Source: Candidatus Micrarchaeia archaeon
GTDB taxonomy: Archaea; Micrarchaeota; Micrarchaeia; Burarchaeales; Fermentimicrarchaeaceae
Assembly (NCBI GenBank): GCA_038871515.1
Contig: JAVZHX010000001.1
Location: 64,001-128,000 of the forward strand
DNA: 64,000 nucleotides
Reading direction: 5' to 3'
The notes beneath the pieces were generated by a model. The model had not been told where the DNA came from. It searched no databases and saw only the letters and a program-made list of their open reading frames with translations. Positions 28,002 through 37,947 of this stretch are shown in pieces. Every line of letters begins with the position of its first letter. Position 1 is the first letter of the stretch. The position numbers and the translations under genes were made by a program.

Positions 28002-28511
28002 TTATCCTTTTATTGCATTCAAATATTTCTCATAAAGCCTTGCGTACGCAACTGCCTCTGGGCTTTTGAATTCACCTTCCTCTTTAACACTGATTATTCC
28101 ATTTCTTTTCTCATCGTATGGAATTTTTCTGCTTATCGTGTCAAGCATTATATTCTCTTCTTTCACTCCCAAATCCTTCAGCAGTAAGTATATTTTCCTT
28201 CTCTCGCTTGGCTTTGCTCCAAGCTGGTTGCTTTCAGCCATGTTGAATATAACAATCTCTGCCATGATGTGGGCTGCTTTTTCCTCAAGTGTTTTGGAGC
28301 CTGCGCGATGAGGGAATTGCACAAGCTCCATAAGCTTCATTTCGTACAGATTGCCGAGCTGGCACAGCTTCCTTGAGCTCGGGTGCTCAAGCGAGTCAAC
28401 AACTGATTGATACGCAGTTTTTATTTTGTTGTATCTCTCCTCCTCTTCCTTCGTTGCATTAAGGCGCAGACGGATGAAAAAAGACGGTTGCTCAAGTTTC
28501 TGCGATTTCAT
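28002..28511 (-). CDS. Hypothetical protein
   Basis: 169-aa ATG ORF filling the gap; no recognisable motif. Confidence 0.55.
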   Translation of the reverse strand: MKSQKLEQPSFFIRLRLNATKEEEERYNKIKTAYQSVVDSLEHPSSRKLCQLGNLYEMKLMELVQFPHRAGSKTLEEKAAHIMAEIVIFNMAESNQLGAKPSERRKIYLLLKDLGVKEENIMLDTISRKIPYDEKRNGIISVKEEGEFKSPEAVAYARLYEKYLNAIKG

Positions 28512-28557
28512 AAGTAAGTTATGGAAATAGGAATATTAAAGAATTTGCAAATAAGCT

Positions 28558-29418
28558 TTATACTGGACAGCTAAACTTAAGCGGAGTGCATGTGCCCCTA
28601 CTCCCACCATCAATACGCTGGGTGCAACATCTGGAGCCGGGCGGGCAAGGACAATCGCCGGGACAACTGCCACAGTCCTCACCAACATCGCAAACACCAT
28701 TGTTATTACATGAAGGTGGTTGAGGGATACCCATGCAATCCTCTGGGCAGCTGAGGAAGTCCTCTCCTGGATCGCATGAACCATCGCCACAAAAGTGGCA
28801 TAGACAGTCAGCCGGGCAGTTACCGCAGTCTTCTCCAGGGTTGCAGGAGCCATCGCCGCAGTATGAAGTTGGCAGAGAAGATGAACCTATCTCGTAGGTT
28901 GTCAATAGCGAACCTACAACAACTCTTGTCATCTGGGTATCTGCCTCTATATATTTTATGTATATCTTGCCATTGTAGATTGTTCCAAATGATGTATCGC
29001 TTATTGGTTTTCCGTTGGCGTCAACACAGGAGATGCTGAGCCATTGCTTTGAGGGATCATTTGGATTGGAGAGAATTGCCTGAGTTCCTGACATCATTAC
29101 AATTCTGTTTTCAGGCGCACCGTAAGTAATTACCCCGTTAGTTGCGAAATCATCGCTGGTGTTTTGGGTGCAGTTAACCCCAGTTACTATAATAGTGCGT
29201 CCAGTTGCCTGCCCAACAAGCAAGTAGAGTTTGCCACTCCCAGCGGACAGCTGATGCGTAACGCAACTGAACCCAGTTGGGAAGATGCAGTAGGTTGGAG
29301 TTCTTGGTTTTAAAATGCCCAAATAGAATAGAATTGCCAGCACCACCATAATTATCAGTATTGCCCACCCGTAGGTCATAAGGTATTCCATTGCTGTTTG
29401 GCACTTCCTATACCTCAT
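28558..29418 (-). CDS. Archaeal pilin-like protein with C-terminal Cys-rich repeats
   Basis: RKC/QTAMEYLMTYGWAILII class III signal; three C(G/N)xGxCxxGEDxxxCPxDC repeats. Confidence 0.85.
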   Translation of the reverse strand: MRYRKCQTAMEYLMTYGWAILIIMVVLAILFYLGILKPRTPTYCIFPTGFSCVTHQLSAGSGKLYLLVGQATGRTIIVTGVNCTQNTSDDFATNGVITYGAPENRIVMMSGTQAILSNPNDPSKQWLSISCVDANGKPISDTSFGTIYNGKIYIKYIEADTQMTRVVVGSLLTTYEIGSSSLPTSYCGDGSCNPGEDCGNCPADCLCHFCGDGSCDPGEDFLSCPEDCMGIPQPPSCNNNGVCDVGEDCGSCPGDCPCPPGSRCCTQRIDGGSRGTCTPLKFSCPV

Positions 29419-29479
29419 CTTATATTTGTGAGTTGGATGTGGTATTTAATGTTTCTGTAGTAGCTTCGATAGTTTTGAG

Positions 29480-29552
29480 TGGGGCTGCTGAGATTTGAAC
29501 TCAGGTCACGGGGTCCCGGACCCCGGAGCATACCAGACTAGCCCACAGCCCC
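29480..29552 (-). tRNA. tRNA-Pro(CGG), with C at position 33
   Basis: GGGGCTG acceptor; anticodon arm CGGGG-TC CGG GA-CCCCG; GTTCAAATC T-loop. Confidence 0.9.
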
Positions 29553-29600
29553 ATAGTTTAAATATAACCGAACAAATAATTAAAACCTGCAGGTGTTTAC

Positions 29601-31460
29601 GTGAAGGACCCTTTTCTGCATGCGAAAGAGGAAGTGGTTAAACTTGTTGAGGAGAGCTGCAAGAAGCTGAAGTTTCAAGTCAGCAAGGAGGAGATTGAAA
29701 GAAGTTTGGAGTATCCAAAGGAGCAGTTTGGAGATTTGGCAAGCGCGGTTTGCTTTGAGCTTGCAAAAAGAGAGAAGAAAGCTCCTCGTGCGATTGCGGA
29801 AAAAATAAAAGATAGTATTAGAAAGAGCGAGCTTGTTGAAAGAGTGGAGGTTGCAGGTGCGGGTTATCTTAATTTCTATTTCAATTATGAGAAGTTTGCA
29901 AAGCTGACAGTTGAGGCGGTTGAGAAAAATAAAAAATATGGGGAAGTTGATTTCGGAAAAGGAAGGAAAGCGCTTGTTGAATTTCCGTCAGTCAACCCAA
30001 ACAAACCGTGGCATATCGGGCATTTGAGGAATGCTCTGCTTGGTGACTCGGTTGCGAGAATTCTTGAGTTTGCTGGGTATAAAGTTGAGAGAGAAAACTA
30101 TATTGATGATTTGGGTTTGCAGGTAGCGCAGAGCGTATGGGGGTATATGAAATTGAATAATAAAGTTGAGGGGAAGGTTGACCATTGGCTTGGGAAGCAG
30201 TATGTGGAAGTTGCAAAAAGAAGTGGTGAGGAAGAAGTTGAGAGAGAAGTGAGAGAGATAATGAAAAAGCTTGAGGAGGGAGGGAATGAAATTTCCAAGC
30301 TGGGGAGGGAGCTTGCTGAGAGATGCGTGAAAGCGCAGTACGAAACTGCTTTCAAATTGAATGTTTATCAGGATGTGCTTATCTGGGAGAGCGATATTGT
30401 TAGGACAAGAATACTTGAGGATGCAATTGAGATGTTGGTTAAAAAGGGTGCGGCTGTGAGGGAAAGCGAAGGGGAGAATGCTGGCTGTATTGTTGCGAAG
30501 CTTGAGGGGATGAGGGAGTTTGTGGATATGGAAAACCCAGATAAAATTTTAATTCGCTCTGATGGAACAGCAACGTATACTGGTAAGGATGTTGCTTTTC
30601 AGATGTGGAAGTTCGGCATTCTTCCAAACAGATTCAAATTCAGCGTTTTTATGAAGCAGCCGAATGCAAAGATGCTTTACACAACAAGTTCAAAGGGAAA
30701 GAGGATGGGTTTTGGAAAGGCGGATTTGGTTGTTAATGTGATTGGGGTGGAACAGAGGTATCCTCAGAAAGTTTTGACAAGCTTGCTGAGGAGGATGGGG
30801 TATGAGAAGGAAGCGGATAACTCAGTTCATCTTTCCTATGAGCATGCGTGGTTGCCTGATGAGAGGTTTTCTGGCAGAGAAGGAACTTGGGTTGGTTACA
30901 CTGCAGATGAATTGGTTGAAAAGGCAGTTGAGTACGCGAAAGGTGAAATAAAAAATAGATTTAGGGAGATGGGCGAGAAGGAGAAGGAGGAAATTGCGAA
31001 AGCGGTTGGAGTTGGTGGGGTGAGGTTTGATTTTCTTAGGATGTCTCCTGAGAAAAAGATAGTATTCAGATGGGAAGAAGCGCTGAACTTTGAGGGGGAC
31101 AGCGCTCCGTATATACAATACTCGCATGCAAGAGCTGCGAGGATTATTGAGAAAGCACCAAAAGGAAAAGGAGCGGTGGATTACTCGGTTCTAACCTCAC
31201 CTGATGAGAGAAGGCTTGTTAAGCTTATTGCAAAATTTCCCTCAGTTGTCAGAAGTGCTGCAAGGGATTGTAGACCTCATTATGTTGCGGATTATTTGAT
31301 TGATTTGGCAACTGCTTTCAGCAAGTTTTATACAACCTGTCCTGTGCTTACTGCTCCTGAGAAGGAGAGAGCTGCAAGGCTGGCTTTGGTGAGATGCACG
31401 AAAAGAGTTTTGAGGAATGGATTAGAATTACTTGGAATAGAAGCAGTGGAGAGAATGTAG
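29601..31460 (+). CDS. argS: Arginine--tRNA ligase
   Basis: SVNPNKPWHIGHLRN; FEGDSAPYIQYSHAR; C-terminal GIEAVERM. Confidence 0.97.
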   Translation: MKDPFLHAKEEVVKLVEESCKKLKFQVSKEEIERSLEYPKEQFGDLASAVCFELAKREKKAPRAIAEKIKDSIRKSELVERVEVAGAGYLNFYFNYEKFAKLTVEAVEKNKKYGEVDFGKGRKALVEFPSVNPNKPWHIGHLRNALLGDSVARILEFAGYKVERENYIDDLGLQVAQSVWGYMKLNNKVEGKVDHWLGKQYVEVAKRSGEEEVEREVREIMKKLEEGGNEISKLGRELAERCVKAQYETAFKLNVYQDVLIWESDIVRTRILEDAIEMLVKKGAAVRESEGENAGCIVAKLEGMREFVDMENPDKILIRSDGTATYTGKDVAFQMWKFGILPNRFKFSVFMKQPNAKMLYTTSSKGKRMGFGKADLVVNVIGVEQRYPQKVLTSLLRRMGYEKEADNSVHLSYEHAWLPDERFSGREGTWVGYTADELVEKAVEYAKGEIKNRFREMGEKEKEEIAKAVGVGGVRFDFLRMSPEKKIVFRWEEALNFEGDSAPYIQYSHARAARIIEKAPKGKGAVDYSVLTSPDERRLVKLIAKFPSVVRSAARDCRPHYVADYLIDLATAFSKFYTTCPVLTAPEKERAARLALVRCTKRVLRNGLELLGIEAVERM

Positions 31461-31464
31461 TGAA

Positions 31465-31482
31465 ATGTAACCATGGTTACAT
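31465..31482. repeat. Perfect 18-bp palindrome ATGTAACCATGGTTACAT
   Basis: Sequence equals its own reverse complement; lies between convergent stop codons. Confidence 0.9.
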
Positions 31483-31498
31483 AGCACGTGATTTAAAA

Positions 31499-32521
31499 TT
31501 AGTCCTGTTTCTTCCATAATTTCAGCCTTTCAAACATTCCCTTCATTTTAACTTCCTCAGATTTTAACTTTTCTATACTCGTCTCTCCTTCAGCAAGCTT
31601 TTCCGTATCAACTTTGAAAACTTTTAGAAAAGGTGTTATCACAATGAGCGTTCCATCTTCCATTATACCCGGTCGCATATTGGAATCACCACATGCTTTC
31701 TCAAAATTTCTCAAGTTTTCCTCACCAACTGATTGGACAAGTGAGTAATACATCCTGAACCCTTCTGATGCTCTTGCGAAGTGCATTATGAGTTTCTCCC
31801 TGCGCTTCCCCTCATCAAAGTATAACTGGGGAGTGAGCTCTGCGATGTGTCTCATCAATTGAAGCGCATTATACGCCGCAAGCGCATCATCCTCGCTCCT
31901 TGCAAGCGACATTTCAGTAAACACCGCCCTTCCCTCGGAATACCTTCTCTGAGCTCTTTTTATATTCTTTGGGCAGAGAAGAATTTCTCTGTGAGACCAG
32001 GGTTCGTTATAATGCGCTAGCTCGTGCAGAACCCCATCCGGAACATCTATTATCTGCAAACCTTCCTTGAAACCAATTTTGTTTGAATCGCGGTAACATC
32101 TGCAATTAGCATCCTTGTATTCCTTTATTTCAATTTTGAATTCACTGCCCGCTTTCTCTTTTACGTAATTTGAAAGAAAACGCTTCATCTCTTTTGTATC
32201 CTCAACTCTTTCAGGCAGGTTATTTCTCTTCGCAAAAAGTTTGTTCAGCTCACCCTCAACCCATCCCAGTTCCGCCATAACTGTGAATTCACCCGTTCTG
32301 CATTTTCCAGTAATTAACATTCCAAACTTGGCAGGGTTTTTGATTTTCTCTAGAAAATCTGTTTGGAAACCAAGTTTTTCAAGCTTCTGCTTTGCAGTTT
32401 CCCAGAACTCTCCGTAAAGTTTGTCAAGCTTGCTGTCCAGCATCAGACTGCGCATCCTGGCAAGGTTCTTCAAGTTCTCCTGCTCTATCTCCATCCTCTC
32501 CTTCACTGTCACGACAAGCAT
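31499..32521 (-). CDS. Hypothetical protein with HExxH zincin-like motif
   Basis: VLHELAHYNE followed by SEGRAVF (possible third ligand Glu). Confidence 0.6.
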   Translation of the reverse strand: MLVVTVKERMEIEQENLKNLARMRSLMLDSKLDKLYGEFWETAKQKLEKLGFQTDFLEKIKNPAKFGMLITGKCRTGEFTVMAELGWVEGELNKLFAKRNNLPERVEDTKEMKRFLSNYVKEKAGSEFKIEIKEYKDANCRCYRDSNKIGFKEGLQIIDVPDGVLHELAHYNEPWSHREILLCPKNIKRAQRRYSEGRAVFTEMSLARSEDDALAAYNALQLMRHIAELTPQLYFDEGKRREKLIMHFARASEGFRMYYSLVQSVGEENLRNFEKACGDSNMRPGIMEDGTLIVITPFLKVFKVDTEKLAEGETSIEKLKSEEVKMKGMFERLKLWKKQD

Positions 32522-32645
32522 GATTGAATTGCTCGTTTTTTATATTTAAAACAACCGGAAGCAGAAAACACATTAATAAATATTGCTTGCATAAATCTAA
32601 TGCACGGAGGTGCATATTCTTTCTGAAATTGTTGAGCTAGGAGAA

Positions 32646-32735
32646 GGGCCCGTAGCTCAGCTTGGATAGAGCGGCAAGAGCGATCCCGCAAGCCTTCTAA
32701 GCTGAAGGTCGTGGGTTCAAATCCCACCGGGCCCG
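32646..32735 (+). tRNA. tRNA-Arg(TCT) with a 15-nt intron at position 29/30 (32677..32691)
   Basis: Removing AGAGCGATCCCGCAA gives a tRNA nearly identical to tRNA-Arg(CCT) at 61607; bulge-helix-bulge-like pairing GCGG:CCGC. Confidence 0.92.
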
Positions 32736-32755
32736 CTTGATTTTCAGGTGGTGAA

Positions 32756-33010
32756 ATGGCAAAGACAAAAGTGGAGCAGATAATAACTATGATGGAGCAA
32801 GTTGAGAACGACACATCCATACCGAAGAATGTGAGGAAAGCCGTGACAGATGCGAAGGAGAAGCTGAAAAGCAAGGAAGGGGATTTGAGAACGAGGGCAA
32901 GCGCAGCAATTTACCTGCTTGATGAGGTGAGCAACGACATAAACATGCCAATGCATGCCCGAACCCAGATTTGGACAATTATGGGTGCGCTGGAAACAGT
33001 GAAAGGCTGA
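32756..33010 (+). CDS. UPF0147 family protein
   Basis: DTSIPKNVRKA...LDEVSNDINMPMHARTQIW. Confidence 0.9.
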   Translation: MAKTKVEQIITMMEQVENDTSIPKNVRKAVTDAKEKLKSKEGDLRTRASAAIYLLDEVSNDINMPMHARTQIWTIMGALETVKG

Positions 33011-33015
33011 AGCAG

Positions 33016-34506
33016 ATGGATGAGGAGGAAATTGTGAAATTCTTCGGGAAGGAGGATGTTTTGCTTAGCCCAGACGCTGTGGAGTTTATTAAGGAGAAAA
33101 ACGACGAGTCACTTCTTAAAAAAATCCTTGAGAGAAAGGGAGAGGAGGTTTTTATAACAAAGGAGTTTGTTGAGAAGCTTATTGAGGAGGAGAAGAAAAT
33201 TCCTCTTCCTGCAGTTGAGGTTAAGAGAGCAATTGACTTCAAGCCAATTGCAAAGGAGTATTCACCCCAACTGAAATTCCTCAAGGAGTACGATGTGAGC
33301 GGGAAGTGCAGCTGCGGGGGAAGCGTTGATGATTTTGTGAAACTTTTCAGGGATAGGCTGAAAAGAACGAGAAGGATACTGGAGATGCGGGCAGGCGCAA
33401 CTGGAATAACGAACATCAGCGAGATAGGTGGTTTTGCAAAGGAAAGAGAGATCAGGATAGTGGGGATGGTGACAAGCAAAGCGATCACAAAGAAAGGGCA
33501 CATAATGATTGAGCTTGAGGGTGAGGACGGAGTCGCAAAGGTTCTTGCTCTGAAATCAGAAAGAGAACCGCAGAGGAGCTGCTTTGAAAAGGCAAACACT
33601 CTTCTTTTGGATGAGGTTGTTGCAATAGACGGCAGAGTTTCTGAACCATTCATAATTGCAAACGACATTATCTGGCCTGACATTCCAATAAGAAATCAGA
33701 AAGTAATTGACAGAGAAGTTTGTATTGCATTCCTTTCCGATTTGCACGTTGGGAGCAGATTCTTCCTCCAGGAGGAGTTTCAGAAAATGCTCAGGTGGCT
33801 GAACGGCGAAATAGAGGAGGGGAATGGGAGGGAACTCGCGGGGAGGGTGAAGTATATTATTATTGCTGGCGATTTGGTTGATGGGATTGGAATCTACCCT
33901 GAGCAGGAGAGGGAGCTTGTTGTGAAGGATATATACGAACAATACGATATGTTTATGAAATTTCTTGAGTCAATTCCGGAGCACATTGAGATAATTGTAT
34001 CGCCTGGCAACCACGATGCAGTGAGGAGAGCAGAGCCGCAGCCAAGCATTGAGAGAGAACTTCTGAAAGTGAGCAACGGGAGAGTTCACACTGTTGGCAG
34101 TCCCTCTCTTGTTGAAATTGAGGGATTTAAAACGCTTATCTACCATGGAACCTCCCTTGACTCAATCATCGCAGGCATACCTGGGATGAGCTATCAACAT
34201 CCTGAAAAGCCGATGGTTGAATTGTTGAAAAGAAGAAACCTCAGCCCAATATACGGGGAGAACCCAATCGTTCCAGAGAGCAGGGATTATATGCTGATTG
34301 AGGAAGTTCCCGATATTGTACATATGGGGCACGTTCACAAGAACGGCTATGATAACTACAAGGGAACTGTTGTTGTCAACTCAGGCACATGGCAGAAGCA
34401 AACTGATTTTCAGCTGAAGCAGGGGCACACTCCAAGCCCATGCATATTGCCAATACTTGATTTGAGAAGTGGGAGGATGAATGTTATAAACTTTATGAAA
34501 GGTTAA
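33016..34506 (+). CDS. polB: DNA polymerase D small (exonuclease) subunit DP1
   Basis: OB fold, then SDLHVGS, AGDLVDGIGIYP, PGNHD, YHG, GHVH phosphoesterase motifs. Confidence 0.96.
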   Translation: MDEEEIVKFFGKEDVLLSPDAVEFIKEKNDESLLKKILERKGEEVFITKEFVEKLIEEEKKIPLPAVEVKRAIDFKPIAKEYSPQLKFLKEYDVSGKCSCGGSVDDFVKLFRDRLKRTRRILEMRAGATGITNISEIGGFAKEREIRIVGMVTSKAITKKGHIMIELEGEDGVAKVLALKSEREPQRSCFEKANTLLLDEVVAIDGRVSEPFIIANDIIWPDIPIRNQKVIDREVCIAFLSDLHVGSRFFLQEEFQKMLRWLNGEIEEGNGRELAGRVKYIIIAGDLVDGIGIYPEQERELVVKDIYEQYDMFMKFLESIPEHIEIIVSPGNHDAVRRAEPQPSIERELLKVSNGRVHTVGSPSLVEIEGFKTLIYHGTSLDSIIAGIPGMSYQHPEKPMVELLKRRNLSPIYGENPIVPESRDYMLIEEVPDIVHMGHVHKNGYDNYKGTVVVNSGTWQKQTDFQLKQGHTPSPCILPILDLRSGRMNVINFMKG

Positions 34507-34510
34507 TTCT

Positions 34511-37500
34511 ATGAAGGAGTATTTTGAAAGCTTGCAGAAGGGGTTTGCTGATGCGTATTCAATCGCAGAGAAAGTGCGCGCAGCTGGAGTTGACCCTGAG
34601 GAGAAACCGGAGATAGTGCCTGCTGAGGACATTGCTGCAAGGGTTGAGGGGATAGTTGGTCCTGAGGGAATAGCGAAGAGGATAAGGGAGCTTGGAGTTG
34701 AGAAGAAGAGGGAAGCACTGGCTTTTGACATTGTGAGGGAGATAATTGAAACGAATAAGGGAGAGCCCGAGAGAGTTATTGAGCAAGCTGTCAGAACAGG
34801 TGTTGCAATTCTTACAGAAGGAGTGCTTGTCGCCCCAACAGAAGGAATCTCAAGCATAAGGATAAAAACAAATCCAGATGGAAGCAACTACCTCGCGATG
34901 TATTTCTCAGGCCCAATAAGAAGCGCAGGTGGAACTGTCGCAGCGCTGAGCGTTGCGCTTGCGGACTTTGCGAGAAGAAAGTTCAACATAGCTGATTATA
35001 GACCTACTGACACCGAAGTTGAGAGATACGTTGAGGAGATTGCTTTATACGATGTCAGGGCGGCAAGGTTGCAGTATAGACCAACTGATGATGAGATAAG
35101 GATAATTGTGAAGAATTGTCCAGTATGCATCGACGGGGAGCCAACAGAGGAGTTTGAGGTTTCTGTTCATAAGGATTTGCCAAGAATTGAAACAAACAGA
35201 ATAAGGGGAGGGATGTGCCTTGTTATTGCGGAGGGAATTGCACAGAAAGCCAGCAAAGTTCTCAGGTACACAAAAAACATTGGTTTGAACTGGAGCTGGC
35301 TTGAGGCGTGCGTGAAGGTTCCAAAGAAGGAAACAGGCGGTGAGGTTAAACCAAACAGCCTCTACCTTGAGGATATTGTTGCAGGCAGACCTATTTTCAG
35401 CTATCCATCTGAGAAAGGAGGTTTCCGACTCAGGTATGGGAGAACAAGGATGACCGGAATTGCTGCAAAAGCAGTTCATCCCGCAACAATGGTTCTGCTT
35501 GATGGTTTTCTGGCAATTGGAACTCAGATGAAGGTGGAAAGACCGGGGAAGGGTTGTGTTGTCACTCCCTGCAGCACAATAGAGGGTCCATTTGTGAAGC
35601 TGAGGGATGGAAGCGTGTTACAGGTAAAGACTGCTGAGGAAGCAGAAAAAATAAAGGAGAATGTTGAGTTGATACTCTCGCTTGGCGATATGCTTGTTTC
35701 TTATGGTGATTTCTACAAAGCAAACCACCCCCTCATGCCGACTGGCTACTGCGAGGAGTTCTGGCTGAAGGAGCTTGAGAGAAGCGCAAAGGAGAAGGGA
35801 GTTGATCCCAGAACAGCTGTGCCTCCAGAGTTAAGTGGGGAGGATGCATTTAGAATATCAGAAAAGTTCAACATACCCCTCCACCCTCGCTACACATATT
35901 TGTGGCATGATATAAACTGCGATGAATTAAAGGAGCTTGCGGAATGGCTTGCAAAAGGAAAGTTAATTTACGACTGGTTCAAACTGAAGGAGCTGAGAGT
36001 TGAAAACGGGGATGGAAAGAGGGTGCTTGAGAAGCTGTGCGTTCCTCATACTGTTGAGGGAAACGAAGTTGTGTTGAGGGAGCACGCGCTACCCCTTCTC
36101 ATGTCTCTGGGAATGCTGCAGAACAGGAGAATAAGCATTGAAAAATTCAACAGCGCTTTCTCAAAGGAAAAGAAAGCAATTGATATTGTGAGGGAGCTTG
36201 CTGGCGTGAAAATAATGGAGAAGGCTCCCGTGTATATTGGTGCAAGAATGGGAAGACCCGAGAAGGCAAGGGAGAGAAAAATGAAGCCTGCCCCCCACGT
36301 GCTCTTCCCAATAGGCAACTGGGGGGGCAAAACACGTGATATAATAGCTGCTTACAGAAGAGCGAAGGATAATGAAAGATTTGAGGGAGGAAAGGTGATT
36401 GTTGAAGTTGGGAGGATGAAATGCCCTGAATGCGGAAGGATTTTCACAACAAACAAATGTCCTCTCTGCAAACTGAAAACAATTCCAAGCAGGGTTTGCT
36501 TGAAATGCGGAAGTGAGGTTGCTGGAGACGTTTGTGAGAAGTGCAAAGCAAAAGCATCCGAATCCGACTCGCGAGCAATACCACTTGTTGAGCTTGTTGA
36601 GGAAGCTGAGAGGAAATGCGGAAGCCTTCCAGCTGAGTTAAAAGGAGTGAAGGGAATGACAAGCAGGGCAAAGATTCCTGAGCCGTTGGAGAAGGGAATT
36701 CTGAGAGCAAAGCATGGAGTTTTTGTTTTCAAGGATGGAACTGCAAGGTTTGATGCAACAAACATTCCTCTCACTCACTTCAAACCAAAGGAAATTGGGG
36801 TGAGCGTTGAAAAGCTCAAGGAGCTTGGTTACACAAAGGATTGGGAGGGAAAGGAGCTGAAGGATGAAAATCAGTTGGTTGAGCTGAAACCGCAGGATGT
36901 TATCATATCCGAAAATGGAGCGGAGTATTTGAAAGGAGTTGCAAACTTTGTTGACGATGAGCTTGTTTATCTTTATGGTTTGCCCCCGTATTACAAGCTG
37001 AATGGAAAGGAGGAGCTTGTTGGAAAACTTGTTGTCACTCTTTCACCACACACCTCCTGCGGTGTTCTTGGAAGGATAATCGGATTCACAAAAGCAAATG
37101 TTGGGTATGCTCATCCTTACATGATTTCGGCAAGGAGAAGGAATGCTGATGGGGATGAGGATTCAACAATGCTGCTGCTCGATGCCCTAATTAACTTCTC
37201 AAGAAAGTTCCTTCCAGATAGCAGAGGGGGAACAATGGATGCTTGCCTTGTTTTGACAACTGTGATTGACCCAAGGGAAGTTGATGATGAGGTTCATGCG
37301 ATGGAGGTTTGCAGGGAGTATCCGCTTGAGCTTTATGAGGCAAGCCTTAGGTTTGAAAACCCCGCTGAGGTGAAAATTGAAAAAGTGCTTGACAGGTTAG
37401 GGAAGGAGGAGCAGTACGCAGGTATAAGTTTTACTCACGAAGTTGGCTCTCTTGAGAGCGTTCCACTCGTAACTAATTATGTAAAACTGAGAACTATGAA

Positions 37501-37891
37501 AGAAAAAGTTGATGCTCAGTTTAACCTATCTGAAAAAGTTAGAGCAGTTAATGTGAGGAACGCAGCCGAAAGATTGATACTGAGCCACTTTCTACCAGAT
37601 TTGTACGGAAACTTAAGGTCTTTTTCAAGACAGGTTTTCAGGTGCGTGAGCTGCAACAGCAAGTACAGGAGAGTTCCACTTTCAGGTAAGTGCAGGAGAT
37701 GCGGAGGGAAGCTCGTGCTTACAATTTCAAAAGGTGGAATTGAGAAATATCTGAAAATCTCGCAGGAGCTTGTTGAGAGATACCAGCTGCCCAGTTATCT
37801 GAAGCAGAGGCTGCAGCTTCTTGAAAGTGATCTGTCATCTGTTTTTGGGAATGAAGATAAGAAGCAGTTCAGCCTTTCTGAGTTCATGTAG
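34511..37891 (+). CDS. polC: DNA polymerase D large subunit DP2, no intein
   Basis: GPIRSAGGT, GGFRLRYGR, RMGRPEKA, catalytic DGDED, Zn fingers. Confidence 0.97.
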   Translation: MKEYFESLQKGFADAYSIAEKVRAAGVDPEEKPEIVPAEDIAARVEGIVGPEGIAKRIRELGVEKKREALAFDIVREIIETNKGEPERVIEQAVRTGVAILTEGVLVAPTEGISSIRIKTNPDGSNYLAMYFSGPIRSAGGTVAALSVALADFARRKFNIADYRPTDTEVERYVEEIALYDVRAARLQYRPTDDEIRIIVKNCPVCIDGEPTEEFEVSVHKDLPRIETNRIRGGMCLVIAEGIAQKASKVLRYTKNIGLNWSWLEACVKVPKKETGGEVKPNSLYLEDIVAGRPIFSYPSEKGGFRLRYGRTRMTGIAAKAVHPATMVLLDGFLAIGTQMKVERPGKGCVVTPCSTIEGPFVKLRDGSVLQVKTAEEAEKIKENVELILSLGDMLVSYGDFYKANHPLMPTGYCEEFWLKELERSAKEKGVDPRTAVPPELSGEDAFRISEKFNIPLHPRYTYLWHDINCDELKELAEWLAKGKLIYDWFKLKELRVENGDGKRVLEKLCVPHTVEGNEVVLREHALPLLMSLGMLQNRRISIEKFNSAFSKEKKAIDIVRELAGVKIMEKAPVYIGARMGRPEKARERKMKPAPHVLFPIGNWGGKTRDIIAAYRRAKDNERFEGGKVIVEVGRMKCPECGRIFTTNKCPLCKLKTIPSRVCLKCGSEVAGDVCEKCKAKASESDSRAIPLVELVEEAERKCGSLPAELKGVKGMTSRAKIPEPLEKGILRAKHGVFVFKDGTARFDATNIPLTHFKPKEIGVSVEKLKELGYTKDWEGKELKDENQLVELKPQDVIISENGAEYLKGVANFVDDELVYLYGLPPYYKLNGKEELVGKLVVTLSPHTSCGVLGRIIGFTKANVGYAHPYMISARRRNADGDEDSTMLLLDALINFSRKFLPDSRGGTMDACLVLTTVIDPREVDDEVHAMEVCREYPLELYEASLRFENPAEVKIEKVLDRLGKEEQYAGISFTHEVGSLESVPLVTNYVKLRTMKEKVDAQFNLSEKVRAVNVRNAAERLILSHFLPDLYGNLRSFSRQVFRCVSCNSKYRRVPLSGKCRRCGGKLVLTISKGGIEKYLKISQELVERYQLPSYLKQRLQLLESDLSSVFGNEDKKQFSLSEFM

Positions 37892-37947
37892 CCATACAAT
37901 AAAGAAAGTATTAAATTTTATTTTTGCTGAATTCTATTGGTGGTTAT

